DNA of 64,000 nucleotides, from positions 32,001-96,000 of the forward strand of contig JAHLVW010000015.1 of the NCBI GenBank assembly GCA_019058275.1. The letters are read 5' to 3'. The stretch comes from Candidatus Heimdallarchaeota archaeon. Lineage in GTDB: Archaea; Asgardarchaeota; Heimdallarchaeia; JABLTI01. A model generated the notes under the pieces. The model did no database searches. It was not told where the DNA came from and was given only the letters and a program-made list of their open reading frames with translations. This document shows, piece after piece, positions 1-10,296 of this stretch (its first letter is position 1; each line of letters opens with the position of its first letter). The position numbers and the translations under genes are program-made.

Positions 1-1
1 A

Positions 2-1225
2 AAGTGCTTCATAAACATGCTCTAGATCCTTTTTGAACAAGGTATTCAAATAGAATGGATCTTTATTCTTTTCACTAGGAATTCTAATTTTTCCAGATGC
101 AAATGCTTTTTCTCTTCGTAAAGAATTTGTTGGAAGAAAACCTGATTTAGGAATTATTATTGTAGCTCTATGCTTTTGGTCGATTTCTTTAGCAATAGGA
201 TCTTCTTTCAGTTTTATGCTCTTAACTTCCTTTTTTACAGGAGCTTTTTCAGGTGGTTCAGTAGCATCTACTAGTCTAGGTTGAATCGTATCAGTACTTA
301 CAAGATTGGGTAGATCAGCATCCATAGATTCAGTACTTGGTATTCCAAATGAGCTTTCTGCTCCCGCTGTTGATATATCCCAATCAGGTGGAGCCATCAT
401 TGCTGACTCAACAGTCTCAGATGGCATTTCACTTGAAAGTACACTATCTGCTTGAGGTAAATCTATTGGAGGGGCAATTTCTTCTTTTTGTGAAGGTTGG
501 GTTTCAGCTGGAGTCTGTGATATTGTTTCGCTTGATTCTTCAGGCTCAATTTGAGCAGGTCTTCGTGTTATTAATCCAAGAGCCTTATCGGATTCAAATG
601 GTTTGATAGAATAATATGATTTATTTGAAATTGTTGTAATGAAAAGATATCCTCTTTGATAAATTTCTCTTAATTGTCTATCTACCTCTTCTACTGTAAG
701 ACCAGAAACTTGGGAAACCATATCAGGAGTTACAACTTGCATTTTTACAATAACGAGTGCAACCATTTGCAGTTCAGTTGGAAGATTTAAGACTTCAAAA
801 GCATCTAAATCCTTTCTTTTTCCTTTTGCTTCGATTTTTCTTTGTTCAAATGCCTTTACAAGAGATACTAAATTGCTATTAATGGATCGGAATTGACTCA
901 AATCCTTACCATTGAATCTAGCTGCAATGTCTTCTTTAAAATCTAAAAAGAACCGTTCTTCTAATTCGGGGATAAAAACTGAAGGAATACTTGTTTCATC
1001 TAAATCCGTACCAACTACAAACAAGACATCATTGCTAGAATGATAATAATATTTACTTCCTTCAATTATAATATCTTGAACTTTACCAGTGAATTCACTA
1101 ATCGGTCCACTTAACCATCCATAGAACTTTTCTAACCGTTCACGTTCCTTTTGATCGGATAATTTTATAAAACGCATGCCTGCAATGGGTGTATCTTTGA
1201 TAATTATCCAAACAAACTGAATCAT
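2..1225 (-). CDS. Partial (runs off the window start) longin-like + winged-helix + low-complexity linker protein, >408 aa
   Basis: Not in the ORF track; translated by hand from ATG at 1225, open to the window edge. MIQFVWIIIKDTPIAGMRF...KYYYHSSNDVLFVVGTD...FNGKDLSQFRSI is longin-like. LPTELQMVALVIVKMQVVTPDMVSQVSGLTVEEVDRQLREIYQRGYLF is wHTH-like. A P/E/S-rich linker follows. Confidence 0.75.
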   Translation of the reverse strand, partial: MIQFVWIIIKDTPIAGMRFIKLSDQKERERLEKFYGWLSGPISEFTGKVQDIIIEGSKYYYHSSNDVLFVVGTDLDETSIPSVFIPELEERFFLDFKEDIAARFNGKDLSQFRSINSNLVSLVKAFEQRKIEAKGKRKDLDAFEVLNLPTELQMVALVIVKMQVVTPDMVSQVSGLTVEEVDRQLREIYQRGYLFITTISNKSYYSIKPFESDKALGLITRRPAQIEPEESSETISQTPAETQPSQKEEIAPPIDLPQADSVLSSEMPSETVESAMMAPPDWDISTAGAESSFGIPSTESMDADLPNLVSTDTIQPRLVDATEPPEKAPVKKEVKSIKLKEDPIAKEIDQKHRATIIIPKSGFLPTNSLRREKAFASGKIRIPSEKNKDPFYLNTLFKKDLEHVYEAL

Positions 1226-1390
1226 TACTTTGAACCTTCTAGATAGTAATCTAGTATTTGGTAGGTAAGTCTTATAACTTTGTTATGAGCATTAATATAT
1301 GATATTTTCTAAGTTTAGATTTTTTTCCATCATTTTAAGTTTAATGAAACAAGTTGGATTTAAGCATTAAGAAATTATAATTTGTGGCTC

Positions 1391-3259
1391 TTAATAACCC
1401 CAATATTTGTTATCTGCACTTATACTTCGCTTAAGCTCTATCAAGTCCTCTAATGCTTCTTTTTCATCAGTTGTTAAATCTTCATAATATTTTTCTTTGA
1501 TTTTTCGAACAACACTTTCTGGTAAATCCACATATAGCTCCATATCTTCAGTAATTTGTCTGCCTACTGTTGGTCCACGTATTGAAATAGCAACTTGTTG
1601 CCCTCTTTTAGCTTCTCTAATAGATTGACTTTTATCCTGTATTTGTTGAATTGAACCACATTTCTTACCATCAGTGCCCCTTATCAAAGGAGTCCTTGGA
1701 ACTATTCGACCAGAGAGAATTTCTACACCAACAATTGCAGGTTTATTTGATCTAAAAACCATTCCAGGTAATATTTTGATTTTTGCAGGATATGTTAAAT
1801 CCTTTAGGCTTTCAGCTTTAAGTTTACTTTCAATCTCGATTTTCCAATGTTCATAATCATCTAGTAGAGTATAGATAATATCGCTTTGGAAAAATTCTAT
1901 ATCATTTACTTCTAGTTCTTCTTGTGCATCATGCAAAATACCAACATTAAAAGCAACTATTGCTGCTAAAGATGGAGATATTTCTTTAACAACAATTGAT
2001 TCAGCAACATTGTTCTTATTCACATCGCCAATATCAGCTAATTTGATTGGAATTTTTCTATCTCGAAATTCTTTTACTAACGCTTCAAGTGCACCAAGAG
2101 TATCTGTTTTGATTATTATTCCTTCTTTTTCTGTATAAATTTTAAAAACTTTCATTTCTTCTTCAATCATTTTAATAGCATTTTCAATTTCCTCTTCTGT
2201 ATTAGCTACCATAACTAGAGCACCAGCAACAGCTTCATTTAATCCAGAACCTGTAATCTTTATCCCTGCAGCAGCATGAACCATATCTATTGAGTTGAAT
2301 TTTTCTCGAGGATCTCGTATTTCATCTAATTCTTTAGGTTCCAGTAAAGCTCTAATCTTAGCTTTGTGAGCCTTATTTTTGCCACCAAATACAATTGTAT
2401 CTGTTTTTAAAAAAGTTCCCTTGTGAACTATAACATTGATTGTTGTTCCCATGCCAGTTTCTTCTGTAACTTCAAGAATTGTACCTTCCCCAGGACCTTC
2501 GCTGTAAACTAATTTCTTCAACAAAAACTGTTGAGCTAGTCCAGATAATACTAAAAACAAATCTTGAATACCTTCATGCGTTTTTGCACTAGTTGGAACA
2601 ATTGCAACAATTTCAGTATAATTTCTAATTCGGTCATAACGATCTGATGGATAGCTTAACTTTGATAACTCACCCATTAATTCATACAGGTGTCTGTCAA
2701 GTGCTTTCTGGGTATCTACAGTTTGTTTTTTAAGTGTACTACTAAATTGTTCACCTTCTTTTGATTTCCACCCAGCAACCCGATCAATTTTATTTGCTGC
2801 AACGAGGAATGGAATCTTTCTTTGTTTTAGTAAACGCATGGATTCAAATGTTTGTGGTTGGAATCCTGCTTGCACATCTACTACAACAATTGCAATATCT
2901 GCAACAGAAGTTCCTCTTGCTCTAAGATTTAGAAAGGCAGCATGTCCAGGAGTATCTACAATTAAAATACCGGGGATTCTAAGCTTGATTGCTCCTTTAG
3001 TCATTAAATCTCCACAAATCTCTTGAATTGTTTCTATAGGAAAGTAAGAAGCACCGATTTGTTGAGTAATTCCACCTGCTTCTCTTGCTTGGACAGCAGT
3101 TCCTCTTACAGCATCAAGAATAGAGGTCTTACCATGATCAATATGTCCCAAAATAACACAAATAGGAGCTTTAATTCTCTTATTATCATCTATCTCTTTA
3201 TCTGCTTTCTTTTTTGTTTCTTTATTTGATTTTTCTTGTGACATAGTAATTAACCTCAT
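1391..3259 (-). CDS. infB: Translation initiation factor aIF5B (IF-2)
   Basis: GHIDHGKT, REAGGITQQIGA, DTPGH, NKID motifs; archaeal length and C-terminal domain. Confidence 0.97.
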   Translation of the reverse strand: MRLITMSQEKSNKETKKKADKEIDDNKRIKAPICVILGHIDHGKTSILDAVRGTAVQAREAGGITQQIGASYFPIETIQEICGDLMTKGAIKLRIPGILIVDTPGHAAFLNLRARGTSVADIAIVVVDVQAGFQPQTFESMRLLKQRKIPFLVAANKIDRVAGWKSKEGEQFSSTLKKQTVDTQKALDRHLYELMGELSKLSYPSDRYDRIRNYTEIVAIVPTSAKTHEGIQDLFLVLSGLAQQFLLKKLVYSEGPGEGTILEVTEETGMGTTINVIVHKGTFLKTDTIVFGGKNKAHKAKIRALLEPKELDEIRDPREKFNSIDMVHAAAGIKITGSGLNEAVAGALVMVANTEEEIENAIKMIEEEMKVFKIYTEKEGIIIKTDTLGALEALVKEFRDRKIPIKLADIGDVNKNNVAESIVVKEISPSLAAIVAFNVGILHDAQEELEVNDIEFFQSDIIYTLLDDYEHWKIEIESKLKAESLKDLTYPAKIKILPGMVFRSNKPAIVGVEILSGRIVPRTPLIRGTDGKKCGSIQQIQDKSQSIREAKRGQQVAISIRGPTVGRQITEDMELYVDLPESVVRKIKEKYYEDLTTDEKEALEDLIELKRSISADNKYWGY

Positions 3260-3288
3260 TTTATATTTTGAAGATTACAGAATAGATT

Positions 3289-3747
3289 TTATTCGTAAAC
3301 CCAATCTTCATTTATCATCTCATAAGAAACGATTTCAGACTCTTTAAAGTAGATTGAATATTCTATTTTAGCATTTTCAGGTGAATCTGCAGCGTGAACT
3401 ACGTTTCTACCAATAACCATCGCTAAATCACCGCGAATGGTACCAGCTTCTGCATCCATAGGATTAGTCGCACCAGCAATTTTACGTACACGTTTTACAG
3501 CATCTTTACCTTCAATAATCATAGCAACAACAGGTCCACTAGAAATGAATTTAATTAAACCATCATAGAAGGGTTTTCCTTTATGAATTACATAATGCTT
3601 CTCAGCCATTCCTTTTGTGAGTTGAAGCATTTTCATTGCAACAACACGTAATCCTACTTGTTCCAATCTCGAGATAATATTTCCAACAAGTCGACGTTTT
3701 ACACCATCTGGTTTTACCATAACAAATTCTCGTTCAAAATCACTCAT
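3289..3747 (-). CDS. ndk: Nucleoside diphosphate kinase
   Basis: MVKPDGV, HKGKPFY, GTIRGD, RNVVHAADS motifs; start moved to ATG at 3747. Confidence 0.97.
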   Translation of the reverse strand: MSDFEREFVMVKPDGVKRRLVGNIISRLEQVGLRVVAMKMLQLTKGMAEKHYVIHKGKPFYDGLIKFISSGPVVAMIIEGKDAVKRVRKIAGATNPMDAEAGTIRGDLAMVIGRNVVHAADSPENAKIEYSIYFKESEIVSYEMINEDWVYE

Positions 3748-3850
3748 TTGATTCACCCTACTATATTTCTGCAAAATTATTAGCTCAAAAAACTTTTGAT
3801 GATAAAGAAATTTCCAAAATTACCTATAATTGAAAAAAAAGGCTTAGGGA

Positions 3851-5056
3851 TTAAACCCAATCGCCAGTTTCAATTTTTGTTGGCAGATATTCTTCAGTGA
3901 AAAACTTAATACCACGACTTGCTAAAGCTTGAATTTCTGCTTTTTGTTTAGTATCGATCATTAGCTTAAGTTCTTTTATCCATTCTGATCGTACTTTTAC
4001 GAATTTTTCCTCCATCATTAACTTGGCTCGTGAAATGTCCATTTTACTCATAGGTAAACGACAATTTTGAGGTAGATTATATTTGTCCAAATCTGAAGGT
4101 CTTACACCTAACCATTTAATATCTGGAGTTGCTAACTCATATGATTCGTAAGATAAAGCTTTACTACCCAAACCATAAACTCTTAGAATATCCAAACCAT
4201 AAGGATCAGAATCCATAATAGCAAAAACTGGTAATTGTAATTCATGACTCATTCTACGCAAGAAAATCCTTGTTGCAACATTTGGTTGACCACTGCCTGT
4301 AAGAATTACACAAGGATATTTCTCGTAAAACTTATCTTCTGCTAATCTTAGAAAAGCTGCTTGTTTCTCCACTACTAGAATAAATTCAGCATCAGATTCT
4401 AAATCACTAATGTGATCTTGCATTGGATTTACATTTTTCCCACTTGACCCTTGTTTTGTACAATCTATTAAATCACCATTGTCTCTATAAGAAACTCTAC
4501 CTACAACTAAACCTCGATCATTTGCTGTAACATGGATATTTTTTCTATAAGTACCAAGCATTGCTGCACTATCTTCTATTAAGGGGTCGCTACCACGATT
4601 CTGATCCTCAAAAAGTGCAACATCAGTATAGAAAACTTCTCTTTTACTACCATGAATGCCTAGTTCTAAAAGCTCGTGGATTATCTGCAAAACTCTTAAT
4701 TGTGCAGTGAATTTCTTTATAGTACTTATATCAGCCCATTTTCTATCTAGATAATTTTGTCCTAGAAGTAGTAAATCTGATTCTTCATCATAAATTACAT
4801 TACTTGCACTTCTAGAAGGTACTTTTAATATTGGAGTTCCAGAATTTATAGTATCAACAAATACCTTTCTAAAAACTTCTTCAATTCTTCTCATGCCTTC
4901 TTCTCTACTAATTTCAGAAATTTCATGTATACCTTCTGGAAGATCTTCGATTTTCCTTCTGGTTGTTTGTTTGAGAATTTCTCTTTCCTTTAGTATGGAT
5001 TTGATTTTTGTTACTGGAACCTGTTTATGTTTTTTCTTTGTTTGTCTACTAGACAT
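3851..5056 (-). CDS. top6A: DNA topoisomerase VI subunit A (Spo11 family)
   Basis: KREVFY catalytic Tyr region, VVEK, DSDPYG Toprim motif, KAEIQAL. Confidence 0.96.
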   Translation of the reverse strand: MSSRQTKKKHKQVPVTKIKSILKEREILKQTTRRKIEDLPEGIHEISEISREEGMRRIEEVFRKVFVDTINSGTPILKVPSRSASNVIYDEESDLLLLGQNYLDRKWADISTIKKFTAQLRVLQIIHELLELGIHGSKREVFYTDVALFEDQNRGSDPLIEDSAAMLGTYRKNIHVTANDRGLVVGRVSYRDNGDLIDCTKQGSSGKNVNPMQDHISDLESDAEFILVVEKQAAFLRLAEDKFYEKYPCVILTGSGQPNVATRIFLRRMSHELQLPVFAIMDSDPYGLDILRVYGLGSKALSYESYELATPDIKWLGVRPSDLDKYNLPQNCRLPMSKMDISRAKLMMEEKFVKVRSEWIKELKLMIDTKQKAEIQALASRGIKFFTEEYLPTKIETGDWV

Positions 5057-5126
5057 ACTTATCCTTCCGATAATGTGATCGTTAATTAATAATCATGAAA
5101 TATTCATGTATTTATACATTGGAGTA

Positions 5127-8100
5127 TTAACTCGTTTGACCCTCTAATTCAGCTATTGTTTTAAACGAACGCATAATGTGTTTTCTTATTGCTTTAACTG
5201 TTTTTACACCTAAACCCTTCACTGAAGATGTTTTAGCAATTTTAGCACTATGAAATTGCTTTACTGTATAAATACCTATAGAGTTGAGATCTTCTTTAAT
5301 TGCATGTGTAATATGAGGTAAAACTTCAACAGATAACATCTTTCTTATTTCAATGATATCCTTCTCACTTATTCCTTTAATGTTAGCCAATCTTGCAATG
5401 TTCTTCCTAAAGATATCACTAACAGTTTTTACACCAACTTTAGCAAAACGCTCTTCAGTTGTTTTACCCATACCAGGTAATTTGCTAATTCTAAGAGCTG
5501 AAGATAGTAATCCTTTAGGTGGTCCTCTAACAGCTTTTTCAACTACTTCTGTATCTGATTTTGGTTTTTTAGTACCTAAGAATTCAGCTATGGATGTATC
5601 TTTAGGTATCTCAACTTTCTTGGTTTTTGTTGAAGGTTTTTTTGCATGGGCACCAAGTTTCTCTTGAACTGGTTTTGGCTTAGCTTTTGGTGCTGGTTTC
5701 TTAGTTGTCTTCCGTTTTGGAACAGTTAGAGAACCAGGTGTCATCAATAATTTTTCTTCAATATCAAGCTTTAATTTTGTAATTGTAGGTGATCTTAATC
5801 CTCTTATGTTTGTAAGACTATCATCTTCCGCTTCCAAAAATTGACCGACTGTAAAAATTTCCATAAGGTTAAGATCCCTTTTGCCCTCAAAATTAATTCG
5901 TGGAAGAACAATTACATCAGTATTTGCTCTATTTGTAGATATTGTTTTTGCACCTAATCCCTTAATCTTTAACAAACGGTTGTTGGCAACCATGTAGAAT
6001 TTACCTACTGATTCAATGCCCTTGTCTTGCAATCTTTGGGCCATGGTTTTTCCAACACCTTCAAGTTCAGTTAGTGGTGCATCTACATCTAAGAATCCAG
6101 GTGGAGGTGAAGGTACTTTTACTTTGGTAGGTCTAATAATTTCATCTTCTTCTGAAATTTCTTCAACACTTTCTTCACTCATAGCTTTTCTTAATTCTTC
6201 AATATCTAAATCTAGGTTTAATTTAATTAAAGAAATGAGAGACGAAACCCTATCAGTAGAAAGACCATGAATATTTGAAAGTAATTTGTCATCTGCTTCT
6301 AAGAAATCTAAAACGCTATAGATTTTCTTTTCATGTAATGCAGCAATGGATTTCACTGTTACATTAGGCATAACATCAACATTGCATTTTGATTTGAGTT
6401 CAGTAATAACACCTAAAACGAGATTGCTTTGTGTTAGATCTAGATTTGATGTTAAGAAGAACTCTTTGACATTCCTAATACCACGCATTCTTAATGCTTT
6501 TTGTGTTGCTGGGCCAACACCTGGTAAAACTGAAACATTATCAATTGCATTATATAGATTCATTCCATCAATAATACCTCTTTCTTTAGCAAATTCGTCT
6601 AAAGCTTTTGCACTAGCGGATTCTACCAATTCATCTTTAGCTAGTTCAGGTAGTTCAAGGATTGCTCTTAGAATTTGTTCAGCTTGATCTGAAGCTTCTT
6701 CCGACATTCCTAACGAAATCAATTCTTGCGTTTGATCTTCATCAAGTAAAACTAAATCTTGAAGGGTTTGGATATCATATCGTTCTAGATTAACACCTTC
6801 TATCGAATCCATTGGTAAAGCTTCTACAGGAATTGGGTTCTTTGGTAAAAAGATTGATCCTTCTCGTTGTCTTAAACAATTAGAGAATTGTGTTGAACTG
6901 AAAAGAAACTGAAAATCTTCTTCTACCATTTTCCCTATCATAAGTCCTACAATTGAAGTAGCAGTAGGAGCATATTTCTCAAATATTTGCATTCTTTTGG
7001 CTGCTTGTTCTCTTTTCTTCAAAGCTCTTTGAAACTTCATTAGTTTCCTTCCAGCTTTTTGCAAGCAAAGCCTTAGCTCTTTTCTGATCTCATCTACTTC
7101 TGCAATGTACTCTTTGCTAGTTTCTGGGAATGGTATTTTTGTACTTACCAATGATACCGCAAAAATCAATGGATCGTTATTTAAATTCGTTTTATAATTT
7201 GACCAATTGATGCTTTCAATTGTTTTCTTAATTAAGTCATTACCTTCACCAAAAAGTAAAGGTATTCTATTAGCAAACCTAACTAGCTTGTAAGGTGGTG
7301 AAATTTCTTCTCCGCCATATCCAATAGCAACTTCAACTTGAAAAGCATGTCCACTATAACTTGATGGAGGTCTACCTTCTGAACATGTAAACTCGGGCTT
7401 ATATACATCGTTCAATCCAGCTTCTAAATTAGAATGACCAAGAGGTGACAAGCATTTTCCATCTGGTGGGAAAAATCTTGCTTTAGTGAATCCTTCATGA
7501 ATTAGTCTTCTTAATTCCATTTCATCTAATTTCTTTGGATTCTTTGAGACTGATATTTTAGAGATTCTAAGGACTTCAGAGGCAGTTTTTTCTCCTATTC
7601 TTTGGAAGTGGGTTTTAAGGAAATCCTTCATGGTTGTACATCTAGTTCTAGAGATTTCACTTTTCAATTGATTTATATCAGTACCTATTGGATGTAAAGG
7701 AACTTCAATAGGTGGATCGGGTATTACATCAACTGTACGTGAATGAATAATAGGTTCTTCAAGATTATCGGGAGTAATAATACTAAAGGAAGCATAAGGT
7801 GTGACTACAGCCATTTCCTCGAAATACTCGAAAACGTATCTTTTGGATCTACTCCACGTGCCAGCAAAACAAACTGATACTTCTGTTCCATGTCCTTTTA
7901 ATTGATCCTTTGATTTTCCAGTATATTTCTTTTCTTCCACAATTTCTGGAGCATTTTTGACAATATCGATAAATAATTTATAATGACTTGTAGTTTCTGC
8001 TGGTTTCTTCTTGGAAAGAGCTAAACGTGATTTAATTTCAAATGGTACTCTAATAGTAGATTGAGAGTAGATTAAGACCATTTTTGCACCTAATCCAAAT

Positions 8101-8474
8101 CTTCCGCGTGATTGTCGTTCACCATAATTTGAACCTGTTAAAACTCTGCCAAAAAGTTTGGGAATATCAGCATGACGAATACCTATTCCGTTATCACGAA
8201 CTGAGAGTCTAATAAACTCACTAGTTGCGTCTTCATCTACTTGATAATCATCTAAACCCATTAAATCGCCAATCTCTTCTGGAGGCATTAGCTCAATCTT
8301 AATTTCAATATCAGGTAAAATGCTACCCTTTTCTGCAGCATCGAGTGCATTCTCAACTAGTTCTCGAATACTAGTATAGGTAGATCTAGTAGGATTGTCA
8401 AAACCAGCTATCGCTTTATTAGCTTCAAAGAATTCTGCAGCAGACCGTTCTATTATTTTCTCACGCGCAATCAT
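5127..8474 (-). CDS. top6B: DNA topoisomerase VI subunit B with a long C-terminal multi-HhH extension
   Basis: ELVENALDA, DNGIG, SRGRFGLG GHKL motifs; RFANRIPL and KIPFPETSKE transducer; adjacent to top6A. Confidence 0.95.
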   Translation of the reverse strand: MIAREKIIERSAAEFFEANKAIAGFDNPTRSTYTSIRELVENALDAAEKGSILPDIEIKIELMPPEEIGDLMGLDDYQVDEDATSEFIRLSVRDNGIGIRHADIPKLFGRVLTGSNYGERQSRGRFGLGAKMVLIYSQSTIRVPFEIKSRLALSKKKPAETTSHYKLFIDIVKNAPEIVEEKKYTGKSKDQLKGHGTEVSVCFAGTWSRSKRYVFEYFEEMAVVTPYASFSIITPDNLEEPIIHSRTVDVIPDPPIEVPLHPIGTDINQLKSEISRTRCTTMKDFLKTHFQRIGEKTASEVLRISKISVSKNPKKLDEMELRRLIHEGFTKARFFPPDGKCLSPLGHSNLEAGLNDVYKPEFTCSEGRPPSSYSGHAFQVEVAIGYGGEEISPPYKLVRFANRIPLLFGEGNDLIKKTIESINWSNYKTNLNNDPLIFAVSLVSTKIPFPETSKEYIAEVDEIRKELRLCLQKAGRKLMKFQRALKKREQAAKRMQIFEKYAPTATSIVGLMIGKMVEEDFQFLFSSTQFSNCLRQREGSIFLPKNPIPVEALPMDSIEGVNLERYDIQTLQDLVLLDEDQTQELISLGMSEEASDQAEQILRAILELPELAKDELVESASAKALDEFAKERGIIDGMNLYNAIDNVSVLPGVGPATQKALRMRGIRNVKEFFLTSNLDLTQSNLVLGVITELKSKCNVDVMPNVTVKSIAALHEKKIYSVLDFLEADDKLLSNIHGLSTDRVSSLISLIKLNLDLDIEELRKAMSEESVEEISEEDEIIRPTKVKVPSPPPGFLDVDAPLTELEGVGKTMAQRLQDKGIESVGKFYMVANNRLLKIKGLGAKTISTNRANTDVIVLPRINFEGKRDLNLMEIFTVGQFLEAEDDSLTNIRGLRSPTITKLKLDIEEKLLMTPGSLTVPKRKTTKKPAPKAKPKPVQEKLGAHAKKPSTKTKKVEIPKDTSIAEFLGTKKPKSDTEVVEKAVRGPPKGLLSSALRISKLPGMGKTTEERFAKVGVKTVSDIFRKNIARLANIKGISEKDIIEIRKMLSVEVLPHITHAIKEDLNSIGIYTVKQFHSAKIAKTSSVKGLGVKTVKAIRKHIMRSFKTIAELEGQTS

Positions 8475-8740
8475 TTTATCTACCTACTAGCCACCTCAAT
8501 GTGTATAAGAAAGGACGTCCTTCTATGTCTTTCTCTCTAATATCCGAAACCCGTTCAACATGTTAATTTGTTGTTCTAGTATATAACCAATAGATTATGA
8601 ATTTTTTAAATTGAACATTGCTTTGAATTATTATTCTTTACTAATACTTGTCTAACATTCAATTTCCTTTAGGTTCTTTAATACTTTATCTTTCTAGCAA
8701 ATTTAAACTTACATGCTTTTTTAATTTACGGTATAGAACA

Positions 8741-10057
8741 TCAGGGTTTGAGGATATCTACTGTTCGTGGGAACATTATTGCTTGTTTTATATTGTCTAA
8801 ATTGCAAATCCAAAATACTAATCGCTCAATTCCTAAACCATAACCTGCATGTGGCGGCATTCCATATTTGAAAAGATTAAGGTACCATTGATAACCTTCA
8901 AGACTGAAACCTTGATTTTTTATTACCTCAACCATCTTATCATATTCATGAACTCTTTGACCGCCAGTACAAAGTTCAGCAAAACCTCCTGGGGCCATTA
9001 AATCAAAACTATTGGATATTTTGGGATCTTCATCATTTACTCGATAGTAGATACCACGAGTATGAATGGGCCAGTCGGTAATAAAGAATGGTGCTTTGAA
9101 ATGGTGTGACATAGCAGTTTCTTCTGGTGAAGTAAAGTCTTTATCAAAATCAACTGGATCTTCAAGCTCAAAACTTGAGCAAAGTTCCTTAGCTTCTTTG
9201 AAAGTTATTCTAGGAAGGCCGGCTTTTAATTTCTTAGGTTTTGCATCTAATTTTGCTAGGGGGTCTTTTGCACACTTTATTGTAGTATTTACAACATAAA
9301 CTAGCATGTCTTCTAGAATTTGCATCATACTTATGTGATCATGAAAGGCAGCTTCAACTTCAATTTGCCAGAATTCTGCCACATGTTTTCTAGTTCGTGA
9401 TTTTTCCATTCGAAATGAAGGGATAAGACCAAAAACTTTCTCATGTGCAGTAATTGCTGCTTGTTTGTAAAATTGCGCACTTTGTGCAAGAAAAGCATCT
9501 TGTTCAAAGTATTTAATAGGAAACATTGTTGCTCCACCTTCCGTAGCTGTTGCTACAATTAAGGGAGAAAACAATTCAGTATAACCTCGTTTTAAGAAAA
9601 ATTCTCTGGTTGCTTGAGCTACATGAGATTTTACTTCAAAAGGTAGTTTATTCTTTGGTATTCTAATTGTCAATTCTCTTTGTGTAAAAACAGTACCATC
9701 ATCCATATGTGTTCGACCAGTGATATCCACAGGAATTGGTCCATGAACGGGATTGAGTATTGTCAATTTCTCTGGTAAAACCTCTACTCCGCTTGGAGCT
9801 TGTTCATTCTTTTTTATTACCCCTTCAATCCAAACAATTGTTTCATTCTTTAAACCAATTAGGTTATTCCATAACTCTTCTGGGAGTTTTGTTTTAATGC
9901 CAGTGATTTGTATCTTATCTGTGGAATCTCTAACAGTAAGAAAACATATCTTACCTTTATGCACTAGGTGCTCAGCCCACCCACCTATGTAAGCCTTTGA
10001 ATTATCAGTCATCTTTTTAACTTTTTCAATAGGAATTTTTGAAGAATAATCCACCAT
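8741..10057 (-). CDS. Class IIb Asp/Asn-tRNA synthetase (archaeal type)
   Basis: N-terminal OB fold, ATEGG, QSAQFYKQ, FRMEKSRT, GMPPHAGYGLGIERL, FPR. Confidence 0.9.
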   Translation of the reverse strand: MVDYSSKIPIEKVKKMTDNSKAYIGGWAEHLVHKGKICFLTVRDSTDKIQITGIKTKLPEELWNNLIGLKNETIVWIEGVIKKNEQAPSGVEVLPEKLTILNPVHGPIPVDITGRTHMDDGTVFTQRELTIRIPKNKLPFEVKSHVAQATREFFLKRGYTELFSPLIVATATEGGATMFPIKYFEQDAFLAQSAQFYKQAAITAHEKVFGLIPSFRMEKSRTRKHVAEFWQIEVEAAFHDHISMMQILEDMLVYVVNTTIKCAKDPLAKLDAKPKKLKAGLPRITFKEAKELCSSFELEDPVDFDKDFTSPEETAMSHHFKAPFFITDWPIHTRGIYYRVNDEDPKISNSFDLMAPGGFAELCTGGQRVHEYDKMVEVIKNQGFSLEGYQWYLNLFKYGMPPHAGYGLGIERLVFWICNLDNIKQAIMFPRTVDILKP

Positions 10058-10296
10058 ATTTAATCAACTCGATATTTAAGGATAGTATTGTCTCTTGACT
10101 CGAACATACTATTCTTGTTTAAAAGGTTTTTTTCTTAATATGAAATGATTTCATTTATAATTCATTTCGATAAAAAGTTGATTCTACTGAAAAGCAAATT
10201 TGATTAAGCAATAAATTTCCAAATAAATGTACATTAAACGAAAAGGAATCAATGCATCCTTTGCAGATAAAACCACTTGTAGTTGGAAGAGTTATC

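Noticed and set aside
337-606. 89-aa + strand ORF
   Set aside because: Antisense shadow of the longin-wHTH gene
1674-9992. Short ORFs overlapping infB, top6A/B and the synthetase
   Set aside because: Antisense or off-frame shadows of well-supported genes; the same applies to similar short ORFs throughout the window
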